Shown here: positions 18,829 through 30,037 of the stretch, one piece after another
Position numbering within the stretch: position 1 is the stretch's first letter
Layout: each line of letters starts with the position of its first letter
Source: an uncultured delta proteobacterium
Lineage (GTDB): Bacteria; Desulfobacterota; Binatia; HRBIN30; BPIQ01
DNA: 64,000 bases
Reading direction: 5' to 3'
Assembly (NCBI GenBank): GCA_963761335.1
Contig: CAVXGR010000024.1
Location: 182,628-246,627 of the forward strand
Translations under genes and position numbers: made by a program
The notes under the pieces: generated by a model
Databases searched by the model: none
What the model was told of the DNA's origin: nothing
What the model saw: the letters and a program-made list of their open reading frames with translations, nothing else

Positions 18829-19728
18829 ATGAGTGAAGGCACTGTCGTCGTCGACGACGCCGCCGTTCGGCGGCGCGTTGCCGACTTCGTCTCCTTGGCC
18901 AAGCCGCGCGTGGTCCTCATGGTTCTGGTGACCACCGCCGTGGGCTTCTATCTCGGGACCTCCGGCCCGGTCGACGTTGTGCGCCTGCTGGCGACCATCG
19001 CCGGCACGGGCCTGGCCGCGGGAGGAACGCTGGCGCTGAATCAGTACATCGAGCGCGATCTCGATGCGCGCATGCAGCGCACCCGGCTGCGCCCGCTTCC
19101 CGACGGCCGCCTGCAGCCGACCGAGGCGCTGGCCTTCGGCGTGGTCCTGACCGTCGCCGGGCTCCTCTATCTGACGCTCGCGGTCAATGCCCTGAGCGGC
19201 ATGGTGACCGCCGCCACCGCCGTCAGCTATCTCTTCCTCTATACGCCTCTCAAACGCCGCTCGTCCCTGTGCAGCGTCATCGGCGCCATCCCCGGGGCAC
19301 TGCCGCCGGTTACCGGCTGGGCGGCGGCACGCGGCGATCTGGGCATCGAGGCCTGGGTCCTCTTCTCGATTCTCTTTCTCTGGCAGCTGCCGCACTCGCT
19401 GGCGATCGCCTGGCTCTACCGCGAGGACTATGCGCGCGCCGGCATGCGCCTGCTGCCGGTGGTCGAGCCCGACGGGCGCAGCACCGTGCGGCAGATCCTG
19501 GCCAACTGCCTGGCGCTCCTCGCCGTCGCCATGCTGCCGACGTTGCTGGGCGTATCCGGATCCGTCTACTTCGTGGTCGCCTGTGTGCTCGGGGTCGGCA
19601 TGCTCGCCTCCGGCGTTCATCTCGCCTGGGCGCGCAGCCCGCTCGCCGCCCGGCGGCTGCTGTTCGTCACGCTCGCCTATCTGCCGATGCTGCTCATGGT
19701 GATGGCGATGGACAAGGTGTCGTTCTGA
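18829..19728 (+). CDS. ctaB: Heme o synthase (protoheme IX farnesyltransferase)
   Basis: KPRV, NQYIERDLDARMQRTRLRPLP, YTPLKR, GAIPGALPP, WQLPH. Confidence 0.95.
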   Translation: MSEGTVVVDDAAVRRRVADFVSLAKPRVVLMVLVTTAVGFYLGTSGPVDVVRLLATIAGTGLAAGGTLALNQYIERDLDARMQRTRLRPLPDGRLQPTEALAFGVVLTVAGLLYLTLAVNALSGMVTAATAVSYLFLYTPLKRRSSLCSVIGAIPGALPPVTGWAAARGDLGIEAWVLFSILFLWQLPHSLAIAWLYREDYARAGMRLLPVVEPDGRSTVRQILANCLALLAVAMLPTLLGVSGSVYFVVACVLGVGMLASGVHLAWARSPLAARRLLFVTLAYLPMLLMVMAMDKVSF

Positions 19729-19730
19729 TC

Positions 19731-19853
19731 ATGGCTCTGGTCGACGACAGCGGCCGCCTGCGGGTGAGCAACCGCCAGCTCGGGCTGCTGCTGGTCGGTA
19801 TCCTTCTGCTCATGCTGACCATCGGCATCGTCGGCGTGCTGGTGCTGAACTGA
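19731..19853 (+). CDS. 40-aa single-TM small protein
   Basis: MALVDDSGRLRVSNRQLGLLLVGILLLMLTIGIVGVLVLN fills the gap between ctaB and subunit III. Confidence 0.65.
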   Translation: MALVDDSGRLRVSNRQLGLLLVGILLLMLTIGIVGVLVLN

Positions 19854-19861
19854 GGCAGATC

Positions 19862-20515
19862 ATGGCGCGCACACCGGCCACGGCGGTTGAGCCGATCATC
19901 ATTCCCTCGGAGCCGGCCATGCCGCGCTTCGGCGGCGGCGGCCCACCCGACATTGCCGCCGAGCCGCCGCTCAGCAACGGGCGACTGGCGGTGATCCTCT
20001 TCATCACCGGCGAGGCGATGCTGTTCACTGCGCTCCTCGGGCCCTTCATCCTCTTTCGCATCAGCAGCCTGGCGTGGCCGCCGGTCGGGCAGCCGTACCT
20101 GCCGATCGCCGTCACTTCGGTGAACACCCTGGTTCTCCTGATCAGCGGCCTGGCAATGAACCGCGCCGTCGCCGCGGCGCGCGCCGACCGCCTCGGCGAC
20201 CTGCGGCAGCATCTGACGGTGGCGGCCATCCTCGGCGCCGCCTTCCTCGCCGTGCAGGGCGCCGAGTGGGTGCGGCTCATTCGGCACGGTCTGACGCTGT
20301 CGAGCAGCCTCTACGGCACGACCTTCTACATGCTCATCGGTCTTCACGGCCTGCACGTGCTCGGCGCGGTCGTCTGGCTGGCGGTGGTTCTCGCCGCCGC
20401 CTGGCGCGGCCGCGAGGCGGCCGGACGCGCCGCCGGGGTGGAGATCTGCGCCATCTACTGGTATTTCGTCTGTGCCCTGTGGGTGGTGCTGTTCGCGATG
20501 GTGTACATCAGCTGA
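19862..20515 (+). CDS. Cytochrome c oxidase subunit III family protein (copy 1)
   Basis: LFITGEAMLF, NTLVLLIS, FYMLIGLHGLHV, YWYFV. Confidence 0.9.
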   Translation: MARTPATAVEPIIIPSEPAMPRFGGGGPPDIAAEPPLSNGRLAVILFITGEAMLFTALLGPFILFRISSLAWPPVGQPYLPIAVTSVNTLVLLISGLAMNRAVAAARADRLGDLRQHLTVAAILGAAFLAVQGAEWVRLIRHGLTLSSSLYGTTFYMLIGLHGLHVLGAVVWLAVVLAAAWRGREAAGRAAGVEICAIYWYFVCALWVVLFAMVYIS

Positions 20516-20530
20516 ATGGGGAGACGGACA

Positions 20531-20803
20531 ATGTCGAAGAAGAGTCTCGCTGTGGCGGCGCTGATCGCCGCGCTTCCGGCCGAGGCGCTCGCATGCGCCA
20601 TGTGTGAGGCATCGTTCGCCGGGCCCAACGATCCGCTCACCAGAGGGTTCGACTTTAGTATTCTGTTCGTTCTCTCCGTGACTTATGGGTTGCTCGCCGC
20701 GCTCGGCGGCTGGGTCGGCTTCACCTACTGGCGCGCCAGTGCCCGCCGGGATGCCGCCACCGTGCTGTCGTTCCCGGCAACGGAAAGGGAGGAGGTTCTG
20801 TGA
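20531..20803 (+). CDS. Small exported/membrane CxxC (CAMC) protein of oxidase cluster
   Basis: Signal peptide ending ALA-CAMC, one C-terminal TM. Confidence 0.7.
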   Translation: MSKKSLAVAALIAALPAEALACAMCEASFAGPNDPLTRGFDFSILFVLSVTYGLLAALGGWVGFTYWRASARRDAATVLSFPATEREEVL

Positions 20804-21423
20804 GCCAAGCAGCGACTCTCGAACACGCCCTGCCGGTCGAGCCCGCAGAATCTCCGCTCACTCCGGAGAGCTGGGGCAAGCTCGGCATGTGGGTCTTTCT
20901 GGCCGGCGACGCCATGTCGTTCGGCGGCTTGCTGGCGGCGTACGGCGCTCTGCGCTTCTCCAGCGGCGACTGGCCGCACCCCAGCAACGTCCTCGGCATC
21001 GCCCTGACCGCCTTCATGACCTTCCTGCTGATCTGCAGCAGCGTCACCATGGTGAAGGGTCTGTCGGCGATCAAGCACGGCGACCAGGCCGGCATGCGCT
21101 TCTTTCTGCTGCTGACCATCCTCGGCGGCGCCTCCTTCCTCGGCATGCAGGCCTTCGAGTGGCACCACCTCATTCACGAGGGCCTCGGGCTGACCTCGAA
21201 TCCATGGGGCGCGTCGCTCTTCGGCACCACCTTCTTCATGCTCACCGGATTCCACGGCTGCCACGTTTTCGGCGGTGTCGTCTACCTCACTTGCATCCTC
21301 ATCCAGGGCGTGCGAGGGAAATACTCGGCGCAGAACTACAACAGCATCGAGATCGCCGGTCTCTACTGGCACTTCGTCGATCTGGTGTGGATTCTGGTCT
21401 TCACTTTCGTCTACCTGCTGTGA
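20800..21423 (+). CDS. Cytochrome c oxidase subunit III family protein (copy 2)
   Basis: GKLGMWVFLAGDAMSF, TGFHGCHV, GLYWHFVDLVW. Confidence 0.92.
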   Translation: MSQAATLEHALPVEPAESPLTPESWGKLGMWVFLAGDAMSFGGLLAAYGALRFSSGDWPHPSNVLGIALTAFMTFLLICSSVTMVKGLSAIKHGDQAGMRFFLLLTILGGASFLGMQAFEWHHLIHEGLGLTSNPWGASLFGTTFFMLTGFHGCHVFGGVVYLTCILIQGVRGKYSAQNYNSIEIAGLYWHFVDLVWILVFTFVYLL

Positions 21424-21440
21424 GCGAGGAGATCGGTCGG

Positions 21441-21752
21441 ATGGAGCACAAGGAACCGAACTACATGGCCATCTTCGGCTGGCTGGCGATCCTCACGGTG
21501 GCCGAGATCACGGTCACCTTCGTGCCGATTGCCCGCGCTCTCATCGCCGTCCTCCTGGTCGGCCTGGCGATCACCAAGGCCACGATGGTGGCGATGTACT
21601 TCATGCACCTGAAGTTCGAGCGCCGGACCCTCGGCCTGATCGCCGTGACCCCGATGCTTCTCTGTATCCTCCTGGTGTTTGCGCTGGCGCCGGACCTCAC
21701 CGCGGTCAATCACTCCACCGCGCACCGGGCTGCCGTCGAGCAAGCCGAGTAG
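21441..21752 (+). CDS. Cytochrome c oxidase subunit IV family protein
   Basis: YMAIFGWLAILTVAE...KATMVAMYFMHLKFE. Confidence 0.9.
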   Translation: MEHKEPNYMAIFGWLAILTVAEITVTFVPIARALIAVLLVGLAITKATMVAMYFMHLKFERRTLGLIAVTPMLLCILLVFALAPDLTAVNHSTAHRAAVEQAE

Positions 21753-21792
21753 CTTTCCCGGCGCTGCGGCGTCGGGCCGCACGCGACCCGCA

Positions 21793-22497
21793 ATGCAAGA
21801 GATTCACCCCGGAACGCCGACCGAGAGCGCCGCGATTCACCGCGCCCTGTGGGCGCTTCTGGCGGTGGTCATCCTGGTGATCACCGCCGCCGGGCTGCAC
21901 TCCGCGATCAAGAGCGCCCGCGTGGCGCGCATCCTCGGCGAATCATCGCTCGAGGGACTGCAGGACCTCGGAGCCGTTCCCGCCTTCACGCTCACCGAGC
22001 GCAGCGGCCGCAGCGTCTCGAGCAGCGACCTGCGCGGCTCGGTCTGGGTCGCCGATTTCATCTTCACGCGCTGTAGCGGCGTCTGCCCCATGCTGACGGC
22101 GCGTTTCTCCCGGCTCGAGCGCCAGCTGCGCAGCGACGGGGTCCAGGGCCTGCGGCTGCTTTCCTTCAGCGTCGATCCGTCCCACGATTCCCCGGAGGTG
22201 CTGCGCGCCTACGCGGCGCGGTTCAAGGCGCCAGCCGGCGACTGGCTCTTTCTCACCGGCGATTGGGAGCAGATGCACCAGCTCATCCAGGGGGGCTTCC
22301 ACGTCGCCATGGCCAAGAGCGACGACCCGCAGGTGCAACCCGGAGAGCTGATCACCCACAGTGATCGCTTTGTTCTGGTCGACCGCGACCTGCACATCCG
22401 CGGCTACTACCACGGCACCGACGAAGCCTCGGTGGCGCAGCTCCAGCGGGATATCCGGGAGCTGCTCGGGACCGAGGCTGCAGAGAAGAAAATGTAG
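21793..22497 (+). CDS. SCO/SenC copper chaperone
   Basis: FIFTRCSGVCP (CxxxC), SVDPSHD, ITHSDRFVLVD. Confidence 0.93.
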   Translation: MQEIHPGTPTESAAIHRALWALLAVVILVITAAGLHSAIKSARVARILGESSLEGLQDLGAVPAFTLTERSGRSVSSSDLRGSVWVADFIFTRCSGVCPMLTARFSRLERQLRSDGVQGLRLLSFSVDPSHDSPEVLRAYAARFKAPAGDWLFLTGDWEQMHQLIQGGFHVAMAKSDDPQVQPGELITHSDRFVLVDRDLHIRGYYHGTDEASVAQLQRDIRELLGTEAAEKKM

Positions 22498-22533
22498 AAG
22501 GAAAAACCGGTGAGCGGAGACGGAGAACCGGTG
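22484..22533 (+). repeat. Family C heptamer-periodic repeat arm (degenerate), overlapping SCO stop
   Basis: GAAGAAAATGTAGAAGGAAAAACCGGTGAGCGGAGACGGAGAACCGG similar to 37035, 38641, 41460. Confidence 0.6.
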
Positions 22534-22576
22534 ATCGATGCGCATCGCGGCTCTCTGCTCAGTTGGGGCTGAGAGA

Positions 22577-22812
22577 AACGCAAAGCCGCAAAGGCGCAGA
22601 GCCGGGCTGCCAAGACGCGGGCGGCCTGCCTGTCCCCAGGTGGAAGCGGGGTGCCGCCGTGTTTCGGGCGGGCGGGGAGAAGAACCAACGATTACATTCG
22701 TCATGAGCGCTCGCAGAGCGCGAAGATGGTCCGCTCGGCGGGTCTCGGCGCTCGCGAAAGCCGGATCACCGTCTCTGGTTGGCCCGGCTTTGCGCCTTCG
22801 CGTCTTTGCGTT
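22577..22812. repeat. Family E long inverted-repeat element between convergent genes
   Basis: AACGCAAAGCCGCAAAGGCGCAGAGCCGGGC...GCCCGGCTTTGCGCCTTCGCGTCTTTGCGTT. Confidence 0.7.
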
Positions 22813-22890
22813 CAGGGTGTTGGGGTTGGTTGTTGGCTGTTAGTGCGACCTGCTCATTGCGAACCTAACATCTCACAACACCTCGCTTCC

Positions 22891-23673
22891 TCAGATGACG
22901 CCGCTGCGGGCGGCGGTGCGCGCTGCGAAGAACAGGGCGGCGATGCAGAAGAGGGCGCTGATGGCGAGCGAGGGCGCCAGCGGCGGAATCCCCGCCCCGG
23001 AACCGGGGGTGCCGAGATAGAGCGTGCGCCGCAGGGCCGACATGCCGTAGGTCAGCGGGTTCACCATCATCAGCACGCGCAGGGGGGTCGGCGCCCCGCT
23101 GAGGGGGAAGAAGGCGCCCGAGAGCAGCCAGATCGGGATCAGGATCAGGTTCATGATGGCGTGGAAGCCCTGCGTCGACTCCATGCGCCAGGCGATGATC
23201 AGACCGAGGCTGGTGAGAGCCATGCCGACGACGACCATCACCGCGATGGTGGCGGCGGCGCCCTCAAGGGTCAGTGGAATGCCGATCATCGGTGCGATCG
23301 CCAGGCAGAGCGCCCCTTGCACTACCGCCAGCGTCGTTCCTCCCAGCGCCTGGCCGAGGACGATGGCCCAGCGGGGCACCGGCGCCACCAGCACGCCCTG
23401 GAGAAAACCCTCGCGCCGATCCTCGACGGTGGAGATGGTGGCGAAGATGGCGGTGAAGAGGAGCACCAGGGCGATCATGCCGGGATAGAAGTACTCGACG
23501 TAGCTGGTTCCCGCCGAGGCGCCGGCGGGGCGAAAGGAGGCGTTGAGACCGCCGCCCAGTAGCAACCAGAAGACGATCGGCTGCGCCAGCGCCCCGGTGA
23601 TGCGGCTGCGCTGGCGGACGAAGCGCACGATCTCGCGGCGCCAGAGGGTGTAGACGGGATAGAACATCGACAT
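22891..23673 (-). CDS. ABC-2 type transporter permease
   Basis: REIVRF, FYPGMI, DRREGFLQGVLVAP, LSGAFFP, NPLTY. Confidence 0.92.
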   Translation of the reverse strand: MSMFYPVYTLWRREIVRFVRQRSRITGALAQPIVFWLLLGGGLNASFRPAGASAGTSYVEYFYPGMIALVLLFTAIFATISTVEDRREGFLQGVLVAPVPRWAIVLGQALGGTTLAVVQGALCLAIAPMIGIPLTLEGAAATIAVMVVVGMALTSLGLIIAWRMESTQGFHAIMNLILIPIWLLSGAFFPLSGAPTPLRVLMMVNPLTYGMSALRRTLYLGTPGSGAGIPPLAPSLAISALFCIAALFFAARTAARSGVI

Positions 23674-23675
23674 GG

Positions 23676-24623
23676 TCAAGAGGCCTCCTGGCTGGCGCCG
23701 TCCTCCCAGAAGCGGTGGCCGGTGATGTGGATGAAGACGTCCTCGAGAGTCGGCTTGCCGTAGGTCACCAGGGTGACATCCGCGGGGAAGGCATCGACGA
23801 CGTCGCGCACGAACTCGTGGCCGCGCGGGCGCTCGACGCGCAGGGTGCCGTCCACCATCGCGGCGTCACAGCCGAAGCGCTCGCGGATCTTCTCGCGCAG
23901 ATCGTCGGGATGCGGCGCCTGCATCACCACCACGTCGCCGCCCACCTCGGACTTGAGCTCGCTCGGGGTGCCGATGCTCACCAGCTTTCCCTGGTGCAGG
24001 ATGGCGATCCGGTCGCAGCGCTCGGCCTCGTCCATGTAGTGCGTGGTGAGCACGATGGTCACCTTCTCCTCCTCGCGCAGTTGGGCGAGATATTGGATGA
24101 AGTCGCGCCGCGCCCCCGGGTCGAGCCCGGTGCTGGGCTCATCCAGCAGCAGCAGCGGCGGGCGGTGCAGCAACGACTTCGCCAGCTCGGTGCGCCGCTG
24201 CAGGCCCCCGGAGAGGGTCTCGACGCGGTCGCGCGCCCGATCCGCGAGACGCAGGCGTTGCAGGACAGTGTCGATGCGCTCCCGCAGGTCGGCGCCGTGC
24301 AGGCCGTACAGGTGGCCGTGTGCCAGCAGATTCTCGGCGACGGTGAGCTTGCCGTCGAGGCTCGGGTGCTGGAAGACGACCCCGAAATGGCGGCGCACCG
24401 CCGCCGGGTCGTCGCGCAGGCTGTCGCCGAAGATACGAGCGTCGCCCGCGGTCGGCAGCATCAGGGTGGTGAGGATCTTGAACAGCGTCGTCTTGCCGCC
24501 GCCGTTCGGCCCGAGCAGGCCGAACACTTCTCCGCGCTCGACGCTGAAGGACACGTCGTCGAGCGCCACGCGGCTGCCGTACAGATGTCGCAGCCGCTCG
24601 ACGCGGATTGCTTCGGAATTCAT
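23676..24623 (-). CDS. ABC transporter ATP-binding protein (DrrA-like)
   Basis: GPNGGGKTT, LSGG, LLDEPSTGLDP, TTHYMDEA, PTLEDVF. Confidence 0.95.
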   Translation of the reverse strand: MNSEAIRVERLRHLYGSRVALDDVSFSVERGEVFGLLGPNGGGKTTLFKILTTLMLPTAGDARIFGDSLRDDPAAVRRHFGVVFQHPSLDGKLTVAENLLAHGHLYGLHGADLRERIDTVLQRLRLADRARDRVETLSGGLQRRTELAKSLLHRPPLLLLDEPSTGLDPGARRDFIQYLAQLREEEKVTIVLTTHYMDEAERCDRIAILHQGKLVSIGTPSELKSEVGGDVVVMQAPHPDDLREKIRERFGCDAAMVDGTLRVERPRGHEFVRDVVDAFPADVTLVTYGKPTLEDVFIHITGHRFWEDGASQEAS

Positions 24624-24636
24624 AGCCTCGCAGATC

Positions 24637-25026
24637 TCAGCGGGCCCGGCCGCGAATGACGCGCAGGTCGGGGTCTTCTGGGTTGAAGAGGTAATCGAAT
24701 GCCAGCCAGATGCTCTTGGAGTAGCGGTAGAACCACAGCGGGAAGACGACGGCAAAGGCGCACCACAGAATCATTTGCGTCGTCAGCGAGGGGTTGGCGC
24801 AGCGCTCCAGCAGCAGGAATCCGCCGATGGCGGCCACCGCCGTCACCGCATAATTGATGTAGATGGCACCCACGAAATAGCCCGGCTCGCGCTCGAACTT
24901 CAAGCCGCAGTGGGCACAGCTCGAGTGCATGGCGAAGAAGCCGGCGAACAGCGTGGCCTCGCCGCAGCGAGGGCAGCGGAGGCGAAGGCCGCGCCGCATG
25001 ATGCGTTGGAAGCGTCGGAAATTCAT
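24637..25026 (-). CDS. DUF983-like membrane protein
   Basis: RCPRCGE..LF..F.MHSSCAHCG..FEREPG followed by two TMs. Confidence 0.8.
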   Translation of the reverse strand: MNFRRFQRIMRRGLRLRCPRCGEATLFAGFFAMHSSCAHCGLKFEREPGYFVGAIYINYAVTAVAAIGGFLLLERCANPSLTTQMILWCAFAVVFPLWFYRYSKSIWLAFDYLFNPEDPDLRVIRGRAR

Positions 25027-25134
25027 GGGCCAGACGCGGCATGATGACACAGGCGTCGGCGGAAGCGTAGAGGCGGGCGCGGTCATTTGACATGGGAAAT
25101 CCCCGCTGCCACGTTCGCGGGGCAGGAGGGATGC

Positions 25135-25896
25135 ATGATCCTGGACAAGTTTCGGCTCGACGGCAAGAAGGCGCTGGTCACCGGGGCCAGCCGCGGCATC
25201 GGCCAGGCGGTCGCCGTCGCCCTGGCGCAGGCCGGCGCCGATGTCGTGGTGGTCAGCCGCAAGGAGGCCGCCCTGCGCGACACCGCCGCCGCCGTCGAGG
25301 CGAGCGGCCGCCGGGCCCTGGTGATGCCGGCACACTGCGGCAAGGCCGACGAGGTCGAGGCCCTGGCCGCACAGGTGCTCTCCGCCTGGGGCGGCATCGA
25401 CATCCTGGTGAACAACGCCGCCACCAACCCGGTCATGGGTCCCTTGACCACGGTCGAGGAGCCCGGCTGGGACAAGACGTTCGAGGTGAACCTGAAAGGA
25501 CCGTACCGTCTGGTGCGCGCCTTTGCCCCCGGCATGAAGGAGCGTCGCTGGGGCCGCATCATCAACATGGCCTCGGTCGGCGGTATCCGTCCGAACGCCA
25601 TGCTGAGCGTCTACAACATTACCAAGGCCGGCCTGATCGCCATGAATCGCGTCCTCGCCGAGGAGCTGGGTCCCCACGGCATCACCGTCAATGCCATCGC
25701 CCCCGGCCTGATCGACACCTATTTCTCGGCGGCGCTGACGCAGAACGAGGCGGTGCTCGGCCATATTTTGGAGACCACGCCTCTCCGCCGCGTCGGGGTG
25801 CCCGAGGACATCGCCGGCATTGCCCTCTACCTCGCCTCCGAGGCCTCCGCCTTCGCCACCGGCCAGGTCTTCGTGGTGGACGGCGGCGCCACCTAG
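25135..25896 (+). CDS. Short-chain dehydrogenase/reductase
   Basis: TGASRGIG, NNAA, YNITK, VNAIAPG, DGG. Confidence 0.95.
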   Translation: MILDKFRLDGKKALVTGASRGIGQAVAVALAQAGADVVVVSRKEAALRDTAAAVEASGRRALVMPAHCGKADEVEALAAQVLSAWGGIDILVNNAATNPVMGPLTTVEEPGWDKTFEVNLKGPYRLVRAFAPGMKERRWGRIINMASVGGIRPNAMLSVYNITKAGLIAMNRVLAEELGPHGITVNAIAPGLIDTYFSAALTQNEAVLGHILETTPLRRVGVPEDIAGIALYLASEASAFATGQVFVVDGGAT

Positions 25897-25899
25897 TCG

Positions 25900-26029
25900 T
25901 TCTCCATTCTCATCCCCGGCTCTCATCCCGTCGTTTTCCATTGCTCTGAACGCCGCATCCACTCCCAACCGCTCAGTGAAATGGAAAACGACGGGATGAG
26001 AGCCGGGGATGAGAACCGGGAACGGAGAA
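25900..26029. repeat. Family A inverted-repeat element, copy 3
   Basis: TTCTCCATTCTCATCCCCGGCTCTCATCCCGTCGTTTTCCATT...AATGGAAAACGACGGGATGAGAGCCGGGGATGAGAACCGGG. Confidence 0.88.
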
Positions 26030-26099
26030 GCGGGGAAGGTCGGATTGCCGCCGGCAATGAACTTCCCGACAGCCTCCGCGGGTGATAATCCTTGGAGGA

Positions 26100-27596
26100 A
26101 TGCCGGCCGAGCGGACCGTATCGAGCGAGCGCCCCATTCAGGAGCTCGCCGTGCTCAACGAGATCATTGGCGCGCTGACCTCCACTCTGGAGTTCCCCGA
26201 GCTCCTGCGCATCGTGCTCTCGCGCATCAAGATGCTGACCAGCGCCGAGGCCATCTCCCTCCTGCTGTACGACGCCGAGCGCGACGAGCTGGTATTCGCG
26301 GCCACCGAGACCCTGCGGGAGAGGGGCATGGCCGAGCACCCACAGCCGGAGGAGCGCGGCTTGGCGGCCTGGGTCGCCTCGACCGGCGAGAGCGCCATCG
26401 TCAACGACCGCGCCGCCGATCCGCGCTGTGCGGCGGCGCGCGAGCCGCTGCCGCCGTGCGAGGGCCGCCATCTGCTGGCGGTGCCGGTGAAGCGCGGCGA
26501 GCGCGTCATCGGCGTCATCGAGGTCGCCGACCGCTACGACGGCCTGCCTTTCAGCGACGCGGATCAGCGCGCCATCGAGCGCACCGCCGCCACCCTGTGC
26601 AGCCGCGGCGACCCCGAAGAGATCTGCCGCGATTCCTCGGCGGTGCGCGGCATGCTCGCCGCCCTCGCCGCGGAGGTGCCCACCCAGGCCGCCGTGCTGC
26701 TGCTCTACGACCCCGCCGGCCGCGGTCTGCTGTTCACCGCCTCGCGTTGCCTGGAGCCGGGGGTGATCGACGGGCTGCGCATGCGCGCCGACCGCGGCAT
26801 CGCCGGCTGGGTGGCCCGCCACCGCCAGGCGCTGCGCCTCGACGACGCCAGCCGCGATCCGCGCTACGATCCGAGCATCGAGTCCGAGACCCACTTCCGG
26901 CCCGGCAGCATGCTCTGTGTGCCCCTGGTCAGCAAGGACGTCCTTCTCGGCGTCATCCAGGTGATCAACCGCATCGGCCGCGACGGCTTCGACGAGGAGG
27001 AGCTGCGCCTGGTGCAGATTCTCGCCGACTACGCCGCCATCGCCATCGAGCATGCCTCGCTGTATCGCCGGGCGCAGCAGGCGCTGCTCACCGACGACCT
27101 CACCGGGCTCGGCAACACCCGGCATCTCAATCGCCTGCTGCCGGAGCTGATCGCCCGCGGACGCCCGCTCTGCGTTCTGGTTTTGGACTTCGACAACTTC
27201 AAGACCGTGGTCGACACCTACGGGCATCTGATCGGGGCGCGCACCATTGCCGCCATCGGCTCGATGATGGGATCGCTGATTCGCCCCGGAGACTTCGCCG
27301 CCCGCTTTGGCGGCGACGAGTTCGTGGTGGTCATGCCGGACAGCCCCATCGAGGCGGCGCTGTCGATGGCGGAGACCTTGCGCGCCGCGATCGCCGACTT
27401 CGCATCGCTCGAGGGGCACGGGGACATCGACATCTCGGGAGTGACGGCGAGCATCGGCGTCGCCGCCTTCCCGCAGCACGCCGGCGATGCCGACGGCCTC
27501 CTGCGCGCCGCCGACGCCGCCATGTACACGGTCAAGCGCTCGCGCAAGAACGGTATCGCCGTGGCCCGCCCGGGCATGAGCATGAGCGAGCGGTGA
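26100..27596 (+). CDS. GAF-GAF-GGDEF diguanylate cyclase
   Basis: Two GAF repeats (GLAAWVA / GIAGWVA), TDDLTGL, DFDNFK, RPGD I-site, RFGGDEF. Confidence 0.93.
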   Translation: MPAERTVSSERPIQELAVLNEIIGALTSTLEFPELLRIVLSRIKMLTSAEAISLLLYDAERDELVFAATETLRERGMAEHPQPEERGLAAWVASTGESAIVNDRAADPRCAAAREPLPPCEGRHLLAVPVKRGERVIGVIEVADRYDGLPFSDADQRAIERTAATLCSRGDPEEICRDSSAVRGMLAALAAEVPTQAAVLLLYDPAGRGLLFTASRCLEPGVIDGLRMRADRGIAGWVARHRQALRLDDASRDPRYDPSIESETHFRPGSMLCVPLVSKDVLLGVIQVINRIGRDGFDEEELRLVQILADYAAIAIEHASLYRRAQQALLTDDLTGLGNTRHLNRLLPELIARGRPLCVLVLDFDNFKTVVDTYGHLIGARTIAAIGSMMGSLIRPGDFAARFGGDEFVVVMPDSPIEAALSMAETLRAAIADFASLEGHGDIDISGVTASIGVAAFPQHAGDADGLLRAADAAMYTVKRSRKNGIAVARPGMSMSER

Positions 27597-27603
27597 GCAG
27601 ATC

Positions 27604-28122
27604 ATGCTGATCGCGCTCGACGGCCACAGCCCGCAGGTCGACCCGACCGCCTACGTCCACGGCAGTGCTCACGTCATCGGTGACGTGGTGATCGGCGCCG
27701 AGTCCAGTCTCTGGTTCAACGTCGTCGTGCGCGGCGACGTCAACCGGGTGCGCATCGGGGCGCGCTCCAACCTCCAGGATCAGGTGACGGTGCACGTCAC
27801 CCGCGACCGCTGGCCGACCATCGTCGGAGACGAAGTGACCGCCGGCCACGGCGCCATTCTGCACGGCTGCACGGTCATGGACCGCTCCCTGATCGGCATC
27901 GGCGCAATCGTCCTCGACGGCGCCGTGGTCGAGGCGGACTGTCTGGTCGCCGCCGGCTCGCTGGTGAGCCCGGGGACAGTGATCCCCTCCGGACACCTCG
28001 CCATGGGCACCCCGGCGCGCCCGCTGCGGCGCCTCGGCGACGACGAGCTCGCCCACCTGCGCCACTCGGCGGCGAACTACGTGGGCTACGCGGTGAACTA
28101 CCGAACCCAGGGCATCGAGTAA
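27604..28122 (+). CDS. Gamma carbonic anhydrase family (YrdA/PaaY-like) protein
   Basis: Hexapeptide repeats, RGDVN, NLQD..VH, GH..ILHGC. Confidence 0.92.
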   Translation: MLIALDGHSPQVDPTAYVHGSAHVIGDVVIGAESSLWFNVVVRGDVNRVRIGARSNLQDQVTVHVTRDRWPTIVGDEVTAGHGAILHGCTVMDRSLIGIGAIVLDGAVVEADCLVAAGSLVSPGTVIPSGHLAMGTPARPLRRLGDDELAHLRHSAANYVGYAVNYRTQGIE

Positions 28123-28139
28123 GGGCCGCTTCCCCGCGT

Positions 28140-28211
28140 TGGGGACAGGCCACTTTTTGCCCGCGCTGCTGTGGGGGCGCGCCGCTCGGCGCGAAAAGTA
28201 GCCTGTCCCCA
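28140..28211. repeat. Family D inverted-repeat element, copy 1
   Basis: TGGGGACAGGCCACTTTT...AAAAGTAGCCTGTCCCCA. Confidence 0.82.
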
Positions 28212-28270
28212 TGTGACACAACATCTTGTGGCCGCAGCCCGGACTTGCCTCACATCTAGCGCTTTGCTAA

Positions 28271-29849
<1,579 letters not shown>

Positions 29850-29851
<2 letters not shown>

Positions 29852-30022
29852 GTAGCGTCTAAGTTCCCCGATGTTGGATATTGACAACTCCGATTGGTGG
29901 TTATTCCGGTCGCGGCGGGCGTGGGTCTCCTCTCCCGCATCGCCTGCGGGAGAGGCCCAGGGTGAGGGGACTTGGGGCGCCGGGCGCGGAAATGATCGCA
30001 ATCGTCACGTAAGACAATGCTC
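29850..30022. mobile_element. MITE copy 2 (173 bp, diverged) with TSD GCGACT/GTGACT
   Basis: Ends GAGTAGCGTCTAA...TAAGACAATGCTC; shares ATTGACAAC and CTCTCCCGCATC..GCGGGAGAGG..AGGGTGAGGG core with other copies; inserted at guaB stop. Confidence 0.75.
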
Positions 30023-30037
30023 GTGACTGAAGCCGGC

